Source of the DNA: Candidatus Melainabacteria bacterium 17Bon1m
GTDB lineage: Bacteria > Cyanobacteriota > Vampirovibrionia > Obscuribacterales > Obscuribacteraceae
Direction of reading: 5' to 3'
NCBI GenBank assembly: GCA_032128875.1
Contig: JAVLKG010000006.1
Location: 64,001-128,000 of the forward strand
DNA length: 64,000 nt
A program made the translations under genes and the position numbers. The notes under the pieces are model-generated. The model had not been told where the DNA came from. It did not search any database and worked only from the letters and a program-made list of their open reading frames with translations. Position 1 is the first letter of the stretch. Every line of letters starts with the position of its first letter. Positions 1-9,180 of this stretch are shown piece by piece.

Positions 1-1299
1 GTCCGCGTTGACGAATTTCGGATCGTCGAGCTCTGCCAGGTGGAAAGGAATTGTTGTTGCCACTCCTTCAATTTTGAATTCGCTCAATGCGAGTTTCATT
101 CTGTCGATAGCTTCTTTCCTATCGCGTCCCCAGACGACGAGTTTTGCAAGAAGCGAATCGTAGAAGGGAAGAATTTGGTAGCCGGTATAGCAGGCGCTAT
201 CCACGCGAACCCACGGCATGCGAGGCTCGGCAAAGTTTTTCACTGTGCCTGGCGCCGGCATGAAATTCTTGTACGGATCTTCTGCGTTGATGCGGCACTC
301 GATAGAATGCCCGCGGAAGAAAACTTCGTCTTGTTTGACGCTCAGCTTCTCACCGTTGGCGATGCGAATCTGCTCTTTGACGATGTCGATGCCGGTCACG
401 TATTCAGTGACGGGGTGCTCGACTTGCACTCTTGTGTTGACTTCGAGGAAGTAAAACTCGTTGCCGGCAACCAAAAGTTCGAAAGTTCCAGCAGATGTGT
501 AGCCCAGTGATTGAGCGCCTTTTACTGAGGCTGCAAGGAGTTTTTCTCTTACTTTCGGATCAAGTTTTGCTGCCGGTGATTCTTCGATGAGCTTTTGGTG
601 GCGGCGCTGAGTTGAGCAATCGCGTTCGCCCAAGTGAATCACCGTGCCGTGTTCGTCGCCGAGGATTTGAACTTCAATGTGGCGTGGATGGTCGAGATAT
701 TTTTCGACGTAGACTTCGCCGCTGCCGAAATAGGAGGCGCCTTCACGTTGCGCTGCGGTGAATGCGGCTTCCGCTTCAGCTTCGGTGCGAACCACTTTTA
801 ATCCGCGTCCGCCGCCGCCTGCGCTTGCTTTGATGGCGATCGGGTAGCCGTACTTGGCTCCCAATTCTTTTACTTCTTCTGCTGAGTTGACCGGGTCTGT
901 AGTCCCCGGAACCACAGGTACGCCGGCTGCTTCCATGGCGCGGCGCGATTCTACCTTGGAGCCCATGCGGTGAATGATATCCGGCTTCGGTCCGATGAAT
1001 TTGATACCGGCATCAGCACAATTTCTTGCAAATTCAGGGTTTTCTGAAAGGAAGCCGTAGCCTGGGTGGACGGCGTCGGCGCCGCATTTCTTGGCGATTT
1101 CTACGACTTGCGCGGCGTCCAGATATACCTTTTGCGGCTGTCCTTCTAATTGATAGGCTTCGTCGGCGAGGCTGACGTGACGGCTCAATTTGTCCGGTTC
1201 GGAGTAAATGGCGACTGTTTTTATGCCCATCTCCCGGCAAGCCGTGATGACGCGAACAGCAATTTCCGAACGGTTGGCAATTAGAACTTTCTTGATCAT
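1..1299 (-). CDS. accC: Biotin carboxylase subunit of an acetyl/propionyl/methylcrotonyl-CoA carboxylase (3' end outside window)
   Basis: Not in the ORF track because it has no stop in the window. Manual translation from ATG at 1299 gives MIKKVLIANRSEIAVRV...HPGYGFLSEN...GYPIAIKASAGGGGRG...EKYLDHPRHIEVQ...ERDCSTQRRHQKLIEESP, which are the biotin carboxylase motifs. Substrate subclass is not certain. Confidence 0.93.
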   Translation of the reverse strand, partial: MIKKVLIANRSEIAVRVITACREMGIKTVAIYSEPDKLSRHVSLADEAYQLEGQPQKVYLDAAQVVEIAKKCGADAVHPGYGFLSENPEFARNCADAGIKFIGPKPDIIHRMGSKVESRRAMEAAGVPVVPGTTDPVNSAEEVKELGAKYGYPIAIKASAGGGGRGLKVVRTEAEAEAAFTAAQREGASYFGSGEVYVEKYLDHPRHIEVQILGDEHGTVIHLGERDCSTQRRHQKLIEESPAAKLDPKVREKLLAASVKGAQSLGYTSAGTFELLVAGNEFYFLEVNTRVQVEHPVTEYVTGIDIVKEQIRIANGEKLSVKQDEVFFRGHSIECRINAEDPYKNFMPAPGTVKNFAEPRMPWVRVDSACYTGYQILPFYDSLLAKLVVWGRDRKEAIDRMKLALSEFKIEGVATTIPFHLAELDDPKFVNAD

Positions 1300-1540
1300 G
1301 GCTTCAGGAGTTTCCTCAAGTGATGTCTGGAATTATCCGCAAGATATCTGGTGGGAATCAAACCCTACCAAATAATGAAGCGATAAGCCCAATTCGAAAT
1401 GTTCAATTTATGTCAAGGGAAATGTAGAGGTGCAGAAGTTGCCCGATCCTGACAGTTCACACACTGTTGGCGCTGTATTCTGGGCATTTTTGAGGATGGT
1501 ACGATCAGTCGTTATTCACGTTTTTGAGGGGGCAAAGGTA

Positions 1541-2416
1541 ATGGCAACCGGGTCCGGTATAACGACTGTTTTCATAGCCGGCAGTGGCTTCATGGGTACA
1601 GGCATCGCTTTTTTGATCGCAACCAGGACGAAGGCGAAAGTTTATATCTACGACATTTCCAAAGCCTCATTGCGTAAGGCTAACGAAACCCTCGAGAAGT
1701 ACGGCAGGACCTCGATTGACAAAAAGATCCTCGACCCGGAGGATGTCGCCGATGCGCTTAAACGCATCGTCTCCACTGAGCGCTTGCAAGATGCCGTCTA
1801 TTGCGACCTGGTCATCGAGGCGATTGCCGAAAATCTGGAAGTGAAGCAAGAGCTTTTCAAATCGCTCGATGAGATTTGCGACAAGAAGGCTATCTTCGCG
1901 TCAAACACCAGCTCTCTTTCTATCACTTCCATTGCGGCGGCAACAAAACGTTCTGATCGCGTGATGGGCATGCACTTCTTCTCGCCCGCACATGTGATGA
2001 AGCTTGTAGAGCTGATTCCTGGCTTCGACACTTCGGATGCCACCCTGCAGACCGTCACTCAGTTTGGCAATGAGTTGGGCAAAACTTTGATCCGCTCGAA
2101 AGATATGCCAGGCTTTATCACGACGCGATTGGGCCTTTGTTTGATCAATGAAGCCGCGTTCGCGCTGATGGAAGGGCTTTCCACGCCGGAAGATATCGAC
2201 CAGGGTATGAAACTCGGCTACAACCATCCTATGGGACCGCTCGAATTGGGTGATTTCGTTGGACTGGACATTGTTTTGCACGTTATGGAAGTGCTTCAAG
2301 AAGGCTTCGGCGATCCTAAGTATCGTCCTTGCCCGGTGATCAAACAGCTCGTAAACGCTGGACACCTTGGACGCAAAACCGGTCGCGGCTTCTATAAGTA
2401 CGAGGCCAAAAAGTAG
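1541..2416 (+). CDS. hbd: 3-hydroxybutyryl-CoA / 3-hydroxyacyl-CoA dehydrogenase
   Basis: [10 protein letters not shown] Rossmann motif, [45 protein letters not shown]. Start moved to ATG 1541, which follows a purine-rich SD-like stretch. Confidence 0.92.
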   Translation: MATGSGITTVFIAGSGFMGTGIAFLIATRTKAKVYIYDISKASLRKANETLEKYGRTSIDKKILDPEDVADALKRIVSTERLQDAVYCDLVIEAIAENLEVKQELFKSLDEICDKKAIFASNTSSLSITSIAAATKRSDRVMGMHFFSPAHVMKLVELIPGFDTSDATLQTVTQFGNELGKTLIRSKDMPGFITTRLGLCLINEAAFALMEGLSTPEDIDQGMKLGYNHPMGPLELGDFVGLDIVLHVMEVLQEGFGDPKYRPCPVIKQLVNAGHLGRKTGRGFYKYEAKK

Positions 2417-3654
2417 TGATACTTTTCTCCTTCTTGATGGCAAATACGGTCTTAATTTCCTGCTTGCTGGGAATGACCATCGCTTTCTATGCGCTTCTGC
2501 GCAGAGTGGAGAATTGCAAAATACCCGATCGCGATCTGCCGTTTATCTCGGTTGTGATTCCCGCTCGCAATGAAGAAGCGAAAATCGGACGGTGCCTGGA
2601 ATCAATGCTGGCACAGAATTATCCGAATTTCGAGATCGTCGTAATCGATGACAGATCAACCGACAAAACTGCAGAGATAATTGAAAGCTACGCTAGAAAA
2701 GATAATCGAATCAAATTGGTTCGCGGCAAAGATGCGCCAGACGGCTGGGTCGGCAAGTGCAATGCGCTGGCTTTTGCAGTTGGTTTTGCCTCAGGCGATT
2801 GGTACATTTTCACTGATGCGGATACGTGTCACCAGCCGAATTCGCTGCGTGATGCGATTGGTTATGCAATGACGAACAAAGTCGATTTGGTTTCGTTCGT
2901 TCCATTGCAAGAACTGGGAAGCTTCTTCGAGCGCATGGTGATGACTGTTCTGCTCTCATCTTTTGTGCTTGGTGATGCGTTTCACACAGTCAACGATCCT
3001 CTGGCAAAACGCGCTTATGCCTATGGACAGTACATCATATGCCGCCGACGTTCTTATCTTGCACTGGGCGGGCACCAGTCGGTGCGCGACACCATCGTTG
3101 AAGATCACGCTCTAGGGCGCGTTTTCAAAGAGAAGGGTTACAAGATTGCCGTTGCGGACGGGAAAAACCTTTATCGCGTGCGCATGTACATGGATTTGGA
3201 TTCGATGTGGCAAGGTTGGACAAAAAACCTCTATTCGCTTATCGATAGCAGTCCGGTGCATCTTCTGTGCATTTTGAGCAGCTTGAATATGACTGTGGTT
3301 ATGCCGTTTATCAATGTTCTGATTGTGGCATCACTCTGGAGCAGTCACCCTGCCGACCACTACACGCCCTTCTCTACTATGCTCGTCGCTTGCCAATTCT
3401 TGATGTTGATTGTTTGGTTCAGGCTGACGGGAGAGCATAGAACAGGCGTCAGTCCTTTCTATTTCCTGACCATGCCGTTGGGCGCTGCCTGCGTTACTAT
3501 GCTGCACCTCCATTCTGCTTATTTGGTTTTGTTTGGCAAGGAAGTGAGCTGGAAAGGGCGCCGCTACACTGTCAATACATCCAAGACAATCCGCTCTCAC
3601 AGGACAGGTCAAGAGACTCTGGAAAACGCGCTGTCGTCCGATTCTGGCGAGTAA
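2416..3654 (+). CDS. Family 2 glycosyltransferase (HpnB/CrtQ/CruC-like lipid-acceptor type)
   Basis: SVVIPARNEE, DDRSTD, GWVGKCNAL, FTDAD, VEDHALG, GWTKN, C-terminal TM helices and WKGR. The start overlaps the hbd stop (TAGTG). Confidence 0.88.
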   Translation: MILFSFLMANTVLISCLLGMTIAFYALLRRVENCKIPDRDLPFISVVIPARNEEAKIGRCLESMLAQNYPNFEIVVIDDRSTDKTAEIIESYARKDNRIKLVRGKDAPDGWVGKCNALAFAVGFASGDWYIFTDADTCHQPNSLRDAIGYAMTNKVDLVSFVPLQELGSFFERMVMTVLLSSFVLGDAFHTVNDPLAKRAYAYGQYIICRRRSYLALGGHQSVRDTIVEDHALGRVFKEKGYKIAVADGKNLYRVRMYMDLDSMWQGWTKNLYSLIDSSPVHLLCILSSLNMTVVMPFINVLIVASLWSSHPADHYTPFSTMLVACQFLMLIVWFRLTGEHRTGVSPFYFLTMPLGAACVTMLHLHSAYLVLFGKEVSWKGRRYTVNTSKTIRSHRTGQETLENALSSDSGE

Positions 3655-3687
3655 AGTGCCTTTAGTGCTATCCTCTTTTGAGGAGCG

Positions 3688-4983
3688 TTGCTGTCGACGT
3701 TCCTATGGCGTCTGTACTTAGTAATAGGGCCGGGTTCTCTTTCGGAGCCCAATCATGAGCCAGCATCGACGTTGAGCCGTCCCATCCTAGTTGCTACTTC
3801 ATTTTGCCTGTGCTCGCTCGCCCTGGGTGCTCTTTTGTCTGAAGCACTGGCGGAGCCTGTCGCGTCCAGAATGCCTGGGCTTCAGGGCGAAAGTCATGAA
3901 AGTCTTTGGGAGCGCTACAACAAATTCGGCAAGAAGGCTCTCGATGTCGCGGACTACGGTCGCGCCAAATTGATGTTCGAATTAGCCTTGATAGAGGCGA
4001 AGAAAAATCCCGGCGAAGAGTCGCGCGGAGGAAGTGACCTTTCGCTGAAGATAGCGGCTGCGACTAATAATTTGGCGGAAGCTCACAGGCTGTCCGGCGA
4101 GTACAAAGAGGCAGAGATTCTGTTTAAAGAAGCGCTGGCGCTCAAAGAAAAGGCGCTGGGTGAAGAAAACATGTCCGTCGCCAACACTCTAAACAATCTA
4201 GCCGTGCTGTATCAGAACATGGCTAATTATTCCGAAGCGGAGAAGCTGTACAAGAAAGCTCTCGCCATAGAAGAGAAAGTTTCGTCGCAGGAGAATGCGC
4301 CGATCGCAACTAGCTTGAATAATCTCGGAGCGTTCTACGATCAGCAAGGTCGTTACGCAGAAGCTGAGGCGATGTATAAGCGTTCGCTGTCAATCAAAGA
4401 GCGCTTGCTTGGTCCATCGCATCGTGACACTGCTTCGTGCGTCAGTAATCTCGGTCTTCTCTACATGCACAAAAAAGAGTACGACAAAGCAGAGTCATAT
4501 TACAAACGCGCGTTGACTATTAGAGAAGCTACCCTCGGTCCTAATCATCCGCTTGTGGCGACAGAAATGTCTCACCTGGCAGAACTCTATCGCATTGAGA
4601 AAAAATACGATAAGGCTGAAGCACTGCTGGAGAAGGCTATGTTTTTATACGAGAAAAAGTTGGGCATCAACAATCTCGACGCTGCCATGTGCATGCTCAA
4701 TTTAGGTTGCCTTTACGGCGATGAAGGCAAATTCAAAAAAGCCGAACCGCTCTTTCGCAGAACACTCGGCGTGCGCGATCGCCTTCTCGGTCCTACTCAC
4801 CCTGAGACTCTCATTGCATTGAAAGACTATTCTGTAATTTTGAAAAAGCTCGGACGAGCGAAAGAAGCAAAAGATCTCGAAGCAAAATACAAGACTTTGA
4901 AAGATCAAAGCGACAAAGATGCCAAAACCGGCAAGCAAAAAGTTAAGCCTAAAGCACGTAATCTAGAGCGCAATTTAGATTGA
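3688..4983 (+). CDS. Tetratricopeptide repeat protein (kinesin-light-chain-like 42-aa TPRs), probably exported
   Basis: Repeated 'NNLAxLYxxxGxYxEAExLYKRALxIxExxLGPxHP' units and an N-terminal hydrophobic segment. Start uncertain. Confidence 0.88.
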   Translation: MLSTFLWRLYLVIGPGSLSEPNHEPASTLSRPILVATSFCLCSLALGALLSEALAEPVASRMPGLQGESHESLWERYNKFGKKALDVADYGRAKLMFELALIEAKKNPGEESRGGSDLSLKIAAATNNLAEAHRLSGEYKEAEILFKEALALKEKALGEENMSVANTLNNLAVLYQNMANYSEAEKLYKKALAIEEKVSSQENAPIATSLNNLGAFYDQQGRYAEAEAMYKRSLSIKERLLGPSHRDTASCVSNLGLLYMHKKEYDKAESYYKRALTIREATLGPNHPLVATEMSHLAELYRIEKKYDKAEALLEKAMFLYEKKLGINNLDAAMCMLNLGCLYGDEGKFKKAEPLFRRTLGVRDRLLGPTHPETLIALKDYSVILKKLGRAKEAKDLEAKYKTLKDQSDKDAKTGKQKVKPKARNLERNLD

Positions 4984-5035
4984 ATTTTGGGTGGCGTCCT
5001 GAGTTGAGGAGCTCCGCTTTTATAGGTATAGCTTA

Positions 5036-5063
5036 GAAGTCTAACCGTTATCGGTTTAACTTC
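5036..5063. repeat. Dispersed palindromic repeat, family A, copy 1
   Basis: GAAGTCTAACCG-TTAT-CGGTTTAACTTC, closely similar to copies at 31882 and 31972. Lies between convergent genes. Confidence 0.75.
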
Positions 5064-5116
5064 CATAGGATCTCGGCGCCCCAAAAATGGAGCATTGGCG
5101 CCACCGGATACGGTGA

Positions 5117-6364
5117 CTATTTTGCGAGTTCTTTGACGGGTGTTTCGTACACGCTCAAAGCTTCAACTGCTTCGCTTGGTTGAGGCTCGACTGTTTTATG
5201 CGAATTGACTCGGTACTGTCTGCCTTTCCAGGAAACGTTATTACCTGAAAGAACCAGATATGCAGAGCGCAGATAGATGGCTGTAACCATGACGCAGCCG
5301 AGAGGAAGAAGCAGGAAGTGATTCCAGTTGACCCCTACGTAAAACTGTTTTGTGCGGCCGTACCAGGCTGCCAGACCAATGAATTCAACTGCTACAAGAG
5401 GAGCTATGTACTGAAAAATGTGCGGAGGGTGGCCGCCGATGATGCCGGCAACTAGGATGCCTAAGTGCACAAAGGGGCTGATTACAGCACCGTTTATCAG
5501 CAAAAGTATCATTGCCAGATAGAGCAAATTGCACTCAATGAGAGCATAAGCGTTCTTCGTCCAGCCGAACCAGAGTGATTCGAGATCCTGATACATGCGC
5601 ACTCTATAAAGTTTGCAACCATCCACGGCCATAATGTGGAAGCCACTGCCTTTCACTCTCTGAGCCAACATGATGTCGTCCAAAATTTGGTCGTGTACGG
5701 CTCTGTGCGTGCCGATCGTGTCGTAAGCGTTGCGCGAGATGAGGATATATTGACCGTAGGCGTAAGCGCGTACGTGGTTAGGATCATTGACGCTGTTTAG
5801 CGGGTCGCCGGCTAAAAAAGAACCGAGCAATACAGGTGAAACTACCTGCTCCCAGAAGGTTCGTAGCTCTTGCAGGGGCATAAAGCTCACCATGTCGACT
5901 TTGTTGATGATTGCGTAGTCGACGGCGAATCGCAAAGAATGAGGTTCGTGGCAGGTGTCGGCATCGGCGAAAACCAGCCAACTGCCTTTGGCATGAGGGT
6001 AGGCTTGCACCAGTGCATTGCACTTTCCTATCCAGCCGGTGGGCGTTTCAGTGCCTTTTATAAATTTGATGTGTGGATGGCGTGAGGCAATCTCTTGAAT
6101 GATTTCACCGGTTTTGTCGGTGGAGCGGTCATCGATTATTACTATTTCGTAGTTTGGATAGTCTTGCTGGGCAAGTGATTCCAGGCACCGCGCAATTTTT
6201 GTTTCTTCATTGCGAGCCGGAATAATTACCGATACAAACGGTAATTGTTCTGCCGGAATGATGGGTGTGCGGATTCGCCGAAAACCAGAAAGAAAAACGT
6301 GCGTAAGCCCGGTCAGGCTTACGATCAACAGCGTCGTTAGAAAGACTATGGTGAAGATACTCAT
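5117..6364 (-). CDS. Family 2 glycosyltransferase, paralog of 2416..3654
   Basis: SVIIPARNEE, DDRSTDKT, GWIGKCNAL, FADADTCH, RAYAYGQYI, GWTKN and SWKGR are shared with 2416..3654. Confidence 0.88.
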   Translation of the reverse strand: MSIFTIVFLTTLLIVSLTGLTHVFLSGFRRIRTPIIPAEQLPFVSVIIPARNEETKIARCLESLAQQDYPNYEIVIIDDRSTDKTGEIIQEIASRHPHIKFIKGTETPTGWIGKCNALVQAYPHAKGSWLVFADADTCHEPHSLRFAVDYAIINKVDMVSFMPLQELRTFWEQVVSPVLLGSFLAGDPLNSVNDPNHVRAYAYGQYILISRNAYDTIGTHRAVHDQILDDIMLAQRVKGSGFHIMAVDGCKLYRVRMYQDLESLWFGWTKNAYALIECNLLYLAMILLLINGAVISPFVHLGILVAGIIGGHPPHIFQYIAPLVAVEFIGLAAWYGRTKQFYVGVNWNHFLLLPLGCVMVTAIYLRSAYLVLSGNNVSWKGRQYRVNSHKTVEPQPSEAVEALSVYETPVKELAK

Positions 6365-6736
6365 TGCTTTCTGATACCGCGCTTTTTAGTTCTGAAGTTT
6401 TGCCACTGCCGGCGATGATTTGCCATTAACGAGAGTAGAGAAGCTCCGAAACACTGATCGCCTGAGGGGACCGAGTCAGATACAGAATTCTGCCCATCGT
6501 ATCTGCAGAGAGATATTACCATTGGAAAGGCGCTTGCCACGTAGCCTGAAATTCTTTTGTACTGGCATCCTTTGCGTTTGGTAAATCGAATTTAATAGAC
6601 CGGAAGCCGAAACTGGCGTTGTTTCTTTGGGTTGTCAGTTGTTTAGACAAATGGAAGAATAAGCCTTGATACAATTTCACCGGTTATCCTAAGTAGTGAA
6701 TAGGCGACCTCTCAAAACAGGCGACAATCACACGTT

Positions 6737-8083
6737 ATGACCAATCGCACAGTTCTAATCTCTCTTTTCTTAGGGATTTGTATCGGGGCATGGGCTCTCG
6801 ACCGCTGGGTGCTGGGCGGCAACGCCATCAACCTATTGCTGGCGTCGATTGTTGCTATCTCAGCAAGCCACATCGTTTGGCTTCTGTCTGTTCAGATTAA
6901 ATGGCATAAAGAGCGCAAGGACCACCCTTTCCAGGTTCCAGAGCTGGAATGGACTCCCTACATTAATATCTTTGTTTCTGCCAAAAATGAATCACGCGTT
7001 ATCGAGAGCTGCGTTCGCAATCTCTTCAAAATCGACTATCCAAATTTCGATATTTGGGTTATCGACGACGCCTCAACCGACAATACGCTGGAAATTCTTA
7101 AGCGCATGCAGTCTGAGCTGCCCCGCCTGAATGTTTTGGCCCGTACGCCTGGTTCGATGCCCGGTAAGTCTGCTGCCCTCAATGAATGCTTGCCTCTCTG
7201 CAAAGGCGACATAGTTGCGGTTTTCGATGCTGACTCTTTTGTTAAACCGGATTTCTTCAAGATTATGGTCCCGCTCCTCAAAGACGATGAAGTGGGCGCC
7301 GTACAGGCTCAGAAGAAAATTTACGAGCATCAAGAAGGTTTTCTGGTCGATTGCCAGGCTTCTGAGTACGCAATGGACACTTGCCTGCAGATGGGTCGTA
7401 CCCTGGTGGGCGGCGCCGTCGAACTGCGCGGCAACGGGCAGCTCGTAAAGCGTGCAGCCCTGGTTGACGTCGGCGGTTGGAACAACAACTCCATTACGGA
7501 TGACCTGGACTTGAGCATGCGATTGCTCATCCATCGCTACGACATCAAGTTCTGCCCTGATACGGCTGTTTTCGAAGAAGGTGTCGTCAATCTGCGTTCG
7601 CTCTTCCGCCAGCGCCGTCGCTGGGCGGAAGGTAGTATTCGGCGCTATTTGGACTACATCATCCCCCTGCAGTTTCCGTCACACGCTTCGCTGGTCGAGC
7701 GTTTTGACATATTGTCCTTCCTTGTAGAATTTGCCTGGCCTGCGCTCACGTTTATGGCTATCGCCCAAGTTATTGCCGATACTATGCATGGCGTTCCTAG
7801 CGATGCACCGGTTGTAATCGGGGTTTCTATATTTGCGATTGTGACCATTTGGGTGCCGCTTTATGCTGGTTTGCGTTTCTACCGCAAAGACCTTTCACCG
7901 TGGGCTGCAATAGTTAACGCTGTGGTCGTAAATTCGTATATCTTCGCGCTCTGGACGCCCTGTGTCGTGGTTTCCATCTGGCAAATCATGTTCCGCAGCA
8001 AAGCCTCGACATGGAAGCCCACCCAGCATTTTGGCAGTGTAGAAAGCCAAACTCATTTGACTGACGCCGGATCTTCGGTCTAG
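6737..8083 (+). CDS. mgdA: GT2 resembling cyanobacterial beta-monoglucosyldiacylglycerol synthase
   Basis: SAKNE, GKSAALN, VFDAD, ELRGNGQ, GGWN..ITDDLDL, EEGV, QRRRWAEG..RYLDY. I recognise this motif string as MgdA (Sll1377)-like. TM helices at both termini. Confidence 0.72.
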   Translation: MTNRTVLISLFLGICIGAWALDRWVLGGNAINLLLASIVAISASHIVWLLSVQIKWHKERKDHPFQVPELEWTPYINIFVSAKNESRVIESCVRNLFKIDYPNFDIWVIDDASTDNTLEILKRMQSELPRLNVLARTPGSMPGKSAALNECLPLCKGDIVAVFDADSFVKPDFFKIMVPLLKDDEVGAVQAQKKIYEHQEGFLVDCQASEYAMDTCLQMGRTLVGGAVELRGNGQLVKRAALVDVGGWNNNSITDDLDLSMRLLIHRYDIKFCPDTAVFEEGVVNLRSLFRQRRRWAEGSIRRYLDYIIPLQFPSHASLVERFDILSFLVEFAWPALTFMAIAQVIADTMHGVPSDAPVVIGVSIFAIVTIWVPLYAGLRFYRKDLSPWAAIVNAVVVNSYIFALWTPCVVVSIWQIMFRSKASTWKPTQHFGSVESQTHLTDAGSSV

Positions 8084-8179
8084 TAAGGTCTCTTGTAGTT
8101 GCTGCCAAGGACGCAGGGCGACCTGCGCAGCCGTGCTTTGTCTGTTTGCGTGTTTTTGCACTTTGAATATCTTTGGCAC

Positions 8180-8647
8180 CTAGTATGGTGCATATCCTAA
8201 TGACCACATCGCTATTGCCCTGATGTATTCGGGTGCTAGTAACCCGCAACCAAATACGGTGGCACCCGCGGCTATCGAAATCATTGATTCACGCCTCGAG
8301 ACTTTCAATCGGAGCACTCCGATTACAGTGCGAAAGGCACCGGTTATGAGCCCGCACAGATGTATTCCGCGTGCGATTTGTCGTATTAGCAGTCCCAGTT
8401 CTTGCGGGCACAGCACAGTGATGGAAAACTGATTGCGTTGATAAGAATTGATCATGTCGCCTTTGTAAAATCGCGACTTGAGCAGTTTTCCTACTGGATG
8501 TTTTACTTCTCTGGAAAGTGGCGCCAGCATCTTATGAGTGACAACAGCGCTGGCGTACTGGGCGTTTACAAAGGAAAAGACCAGAATCACAACCAGCGAA
8601 ATTCCCGCTGCTTTCATAGCTAGTTGTGCCAGTCTCTTTGAAGTCAC
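8180..8647 (-). CDS. Hypothetical membrane protein
   Basis: 155-aa ORF filling the gap, with an N-terminal signal/TM segment and two C-terminal hydrophobic segments. Preceded by GGAG. Confidence 0.6.
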   Translation of the reverse strand: MTSKRLAQLAMKAAGISLVVILVFSFVNAQYASAVVTHKMLAPLSREVKHPVGKLLKSRFYKGDMINSYQRNQFSITVLCPQELGLLIRQIARGIHLCGLITGAFRTVIGVLRLKVSRRESMISIAAGATVFGCGLLAPEYIRAIAMWSLGYAPY

Positions 8648-8840
8648 GGTACTTACTCCCGAATTAATTAGATTCTCCTCAAATTCGGCGCCTTTCAGAA
8701 TGAGTTAGGCACTGAAAGAGGATCAGGGTTATTACCGGGTCTGCCTGGCAACCTGGGTGAATGAGGGTCAATTGCCGCGCAGCTGATACTCTTATACGGC
8801 GGTCTGCGGAATCAGTATTTTTCGGCGCAAGGAGGCTAAG

Positions 8841-9062
8841 ATGAGCTCCAAAGAGCATGGCGGCAAAGGTCCCAGCGTTGCTGAGCTGGAGAAGTATGTA
8901 AGAGAAAAGGTGCGTCTTGAATTCTTTGTTGCAGGCGGCAAGAGCTATTCGGGGACTTTGCGCTGGTTCGACGAAGATGCTTTCGCCTTGTCCACAAAAG
9001 ATGGAGAGCCCCTTACGCTGCTGAAGAGTAGTGTGATCGGATATAAACCTGTTACCACTTAG
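8841..9062 (+). CDS. hfq: Cyanobacterial-type Hfq (Sm-fold) protein
   Basis: 73 aa; PSV...G.SYSGTLRWFD...LTLLKSSVIGY matches the cyanobacterial Hfq pattern (PSVR...GTIRWQD). Strong SD AGGAGG upstream. Confidence 0.78.
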   Translation: MSSKEHGGKGPSVAELEKYVREKVRLEFFVAGGKSYSGTLRWFDEDAFALSTKDGEPLTLLKSSVIGYKPVTT

Positions 9063-9180
9063 CAAGCCGGAAGCCCTGATACTATGCCGATTAGCGTGTT
9101 AGCAAATGGGCTTTCGTGCTAGACTTAACGCTGGTAGCGCCTAATTTACCTGTATTTCTTTCGTCATCAGCAGGGGTTTC

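Noticed and set aside
40-510. 156-aa plus-strand ORF and other short ORFs in 1..1240
   Set aside because: Shadows of the biotin carboxylase gene on the minus strand.
8180-8647. Possible VirB2/TrbC-like pilin
   Set aside because: Only the hydrophobicity pattern fits, and there are no conjugation genes nearby.
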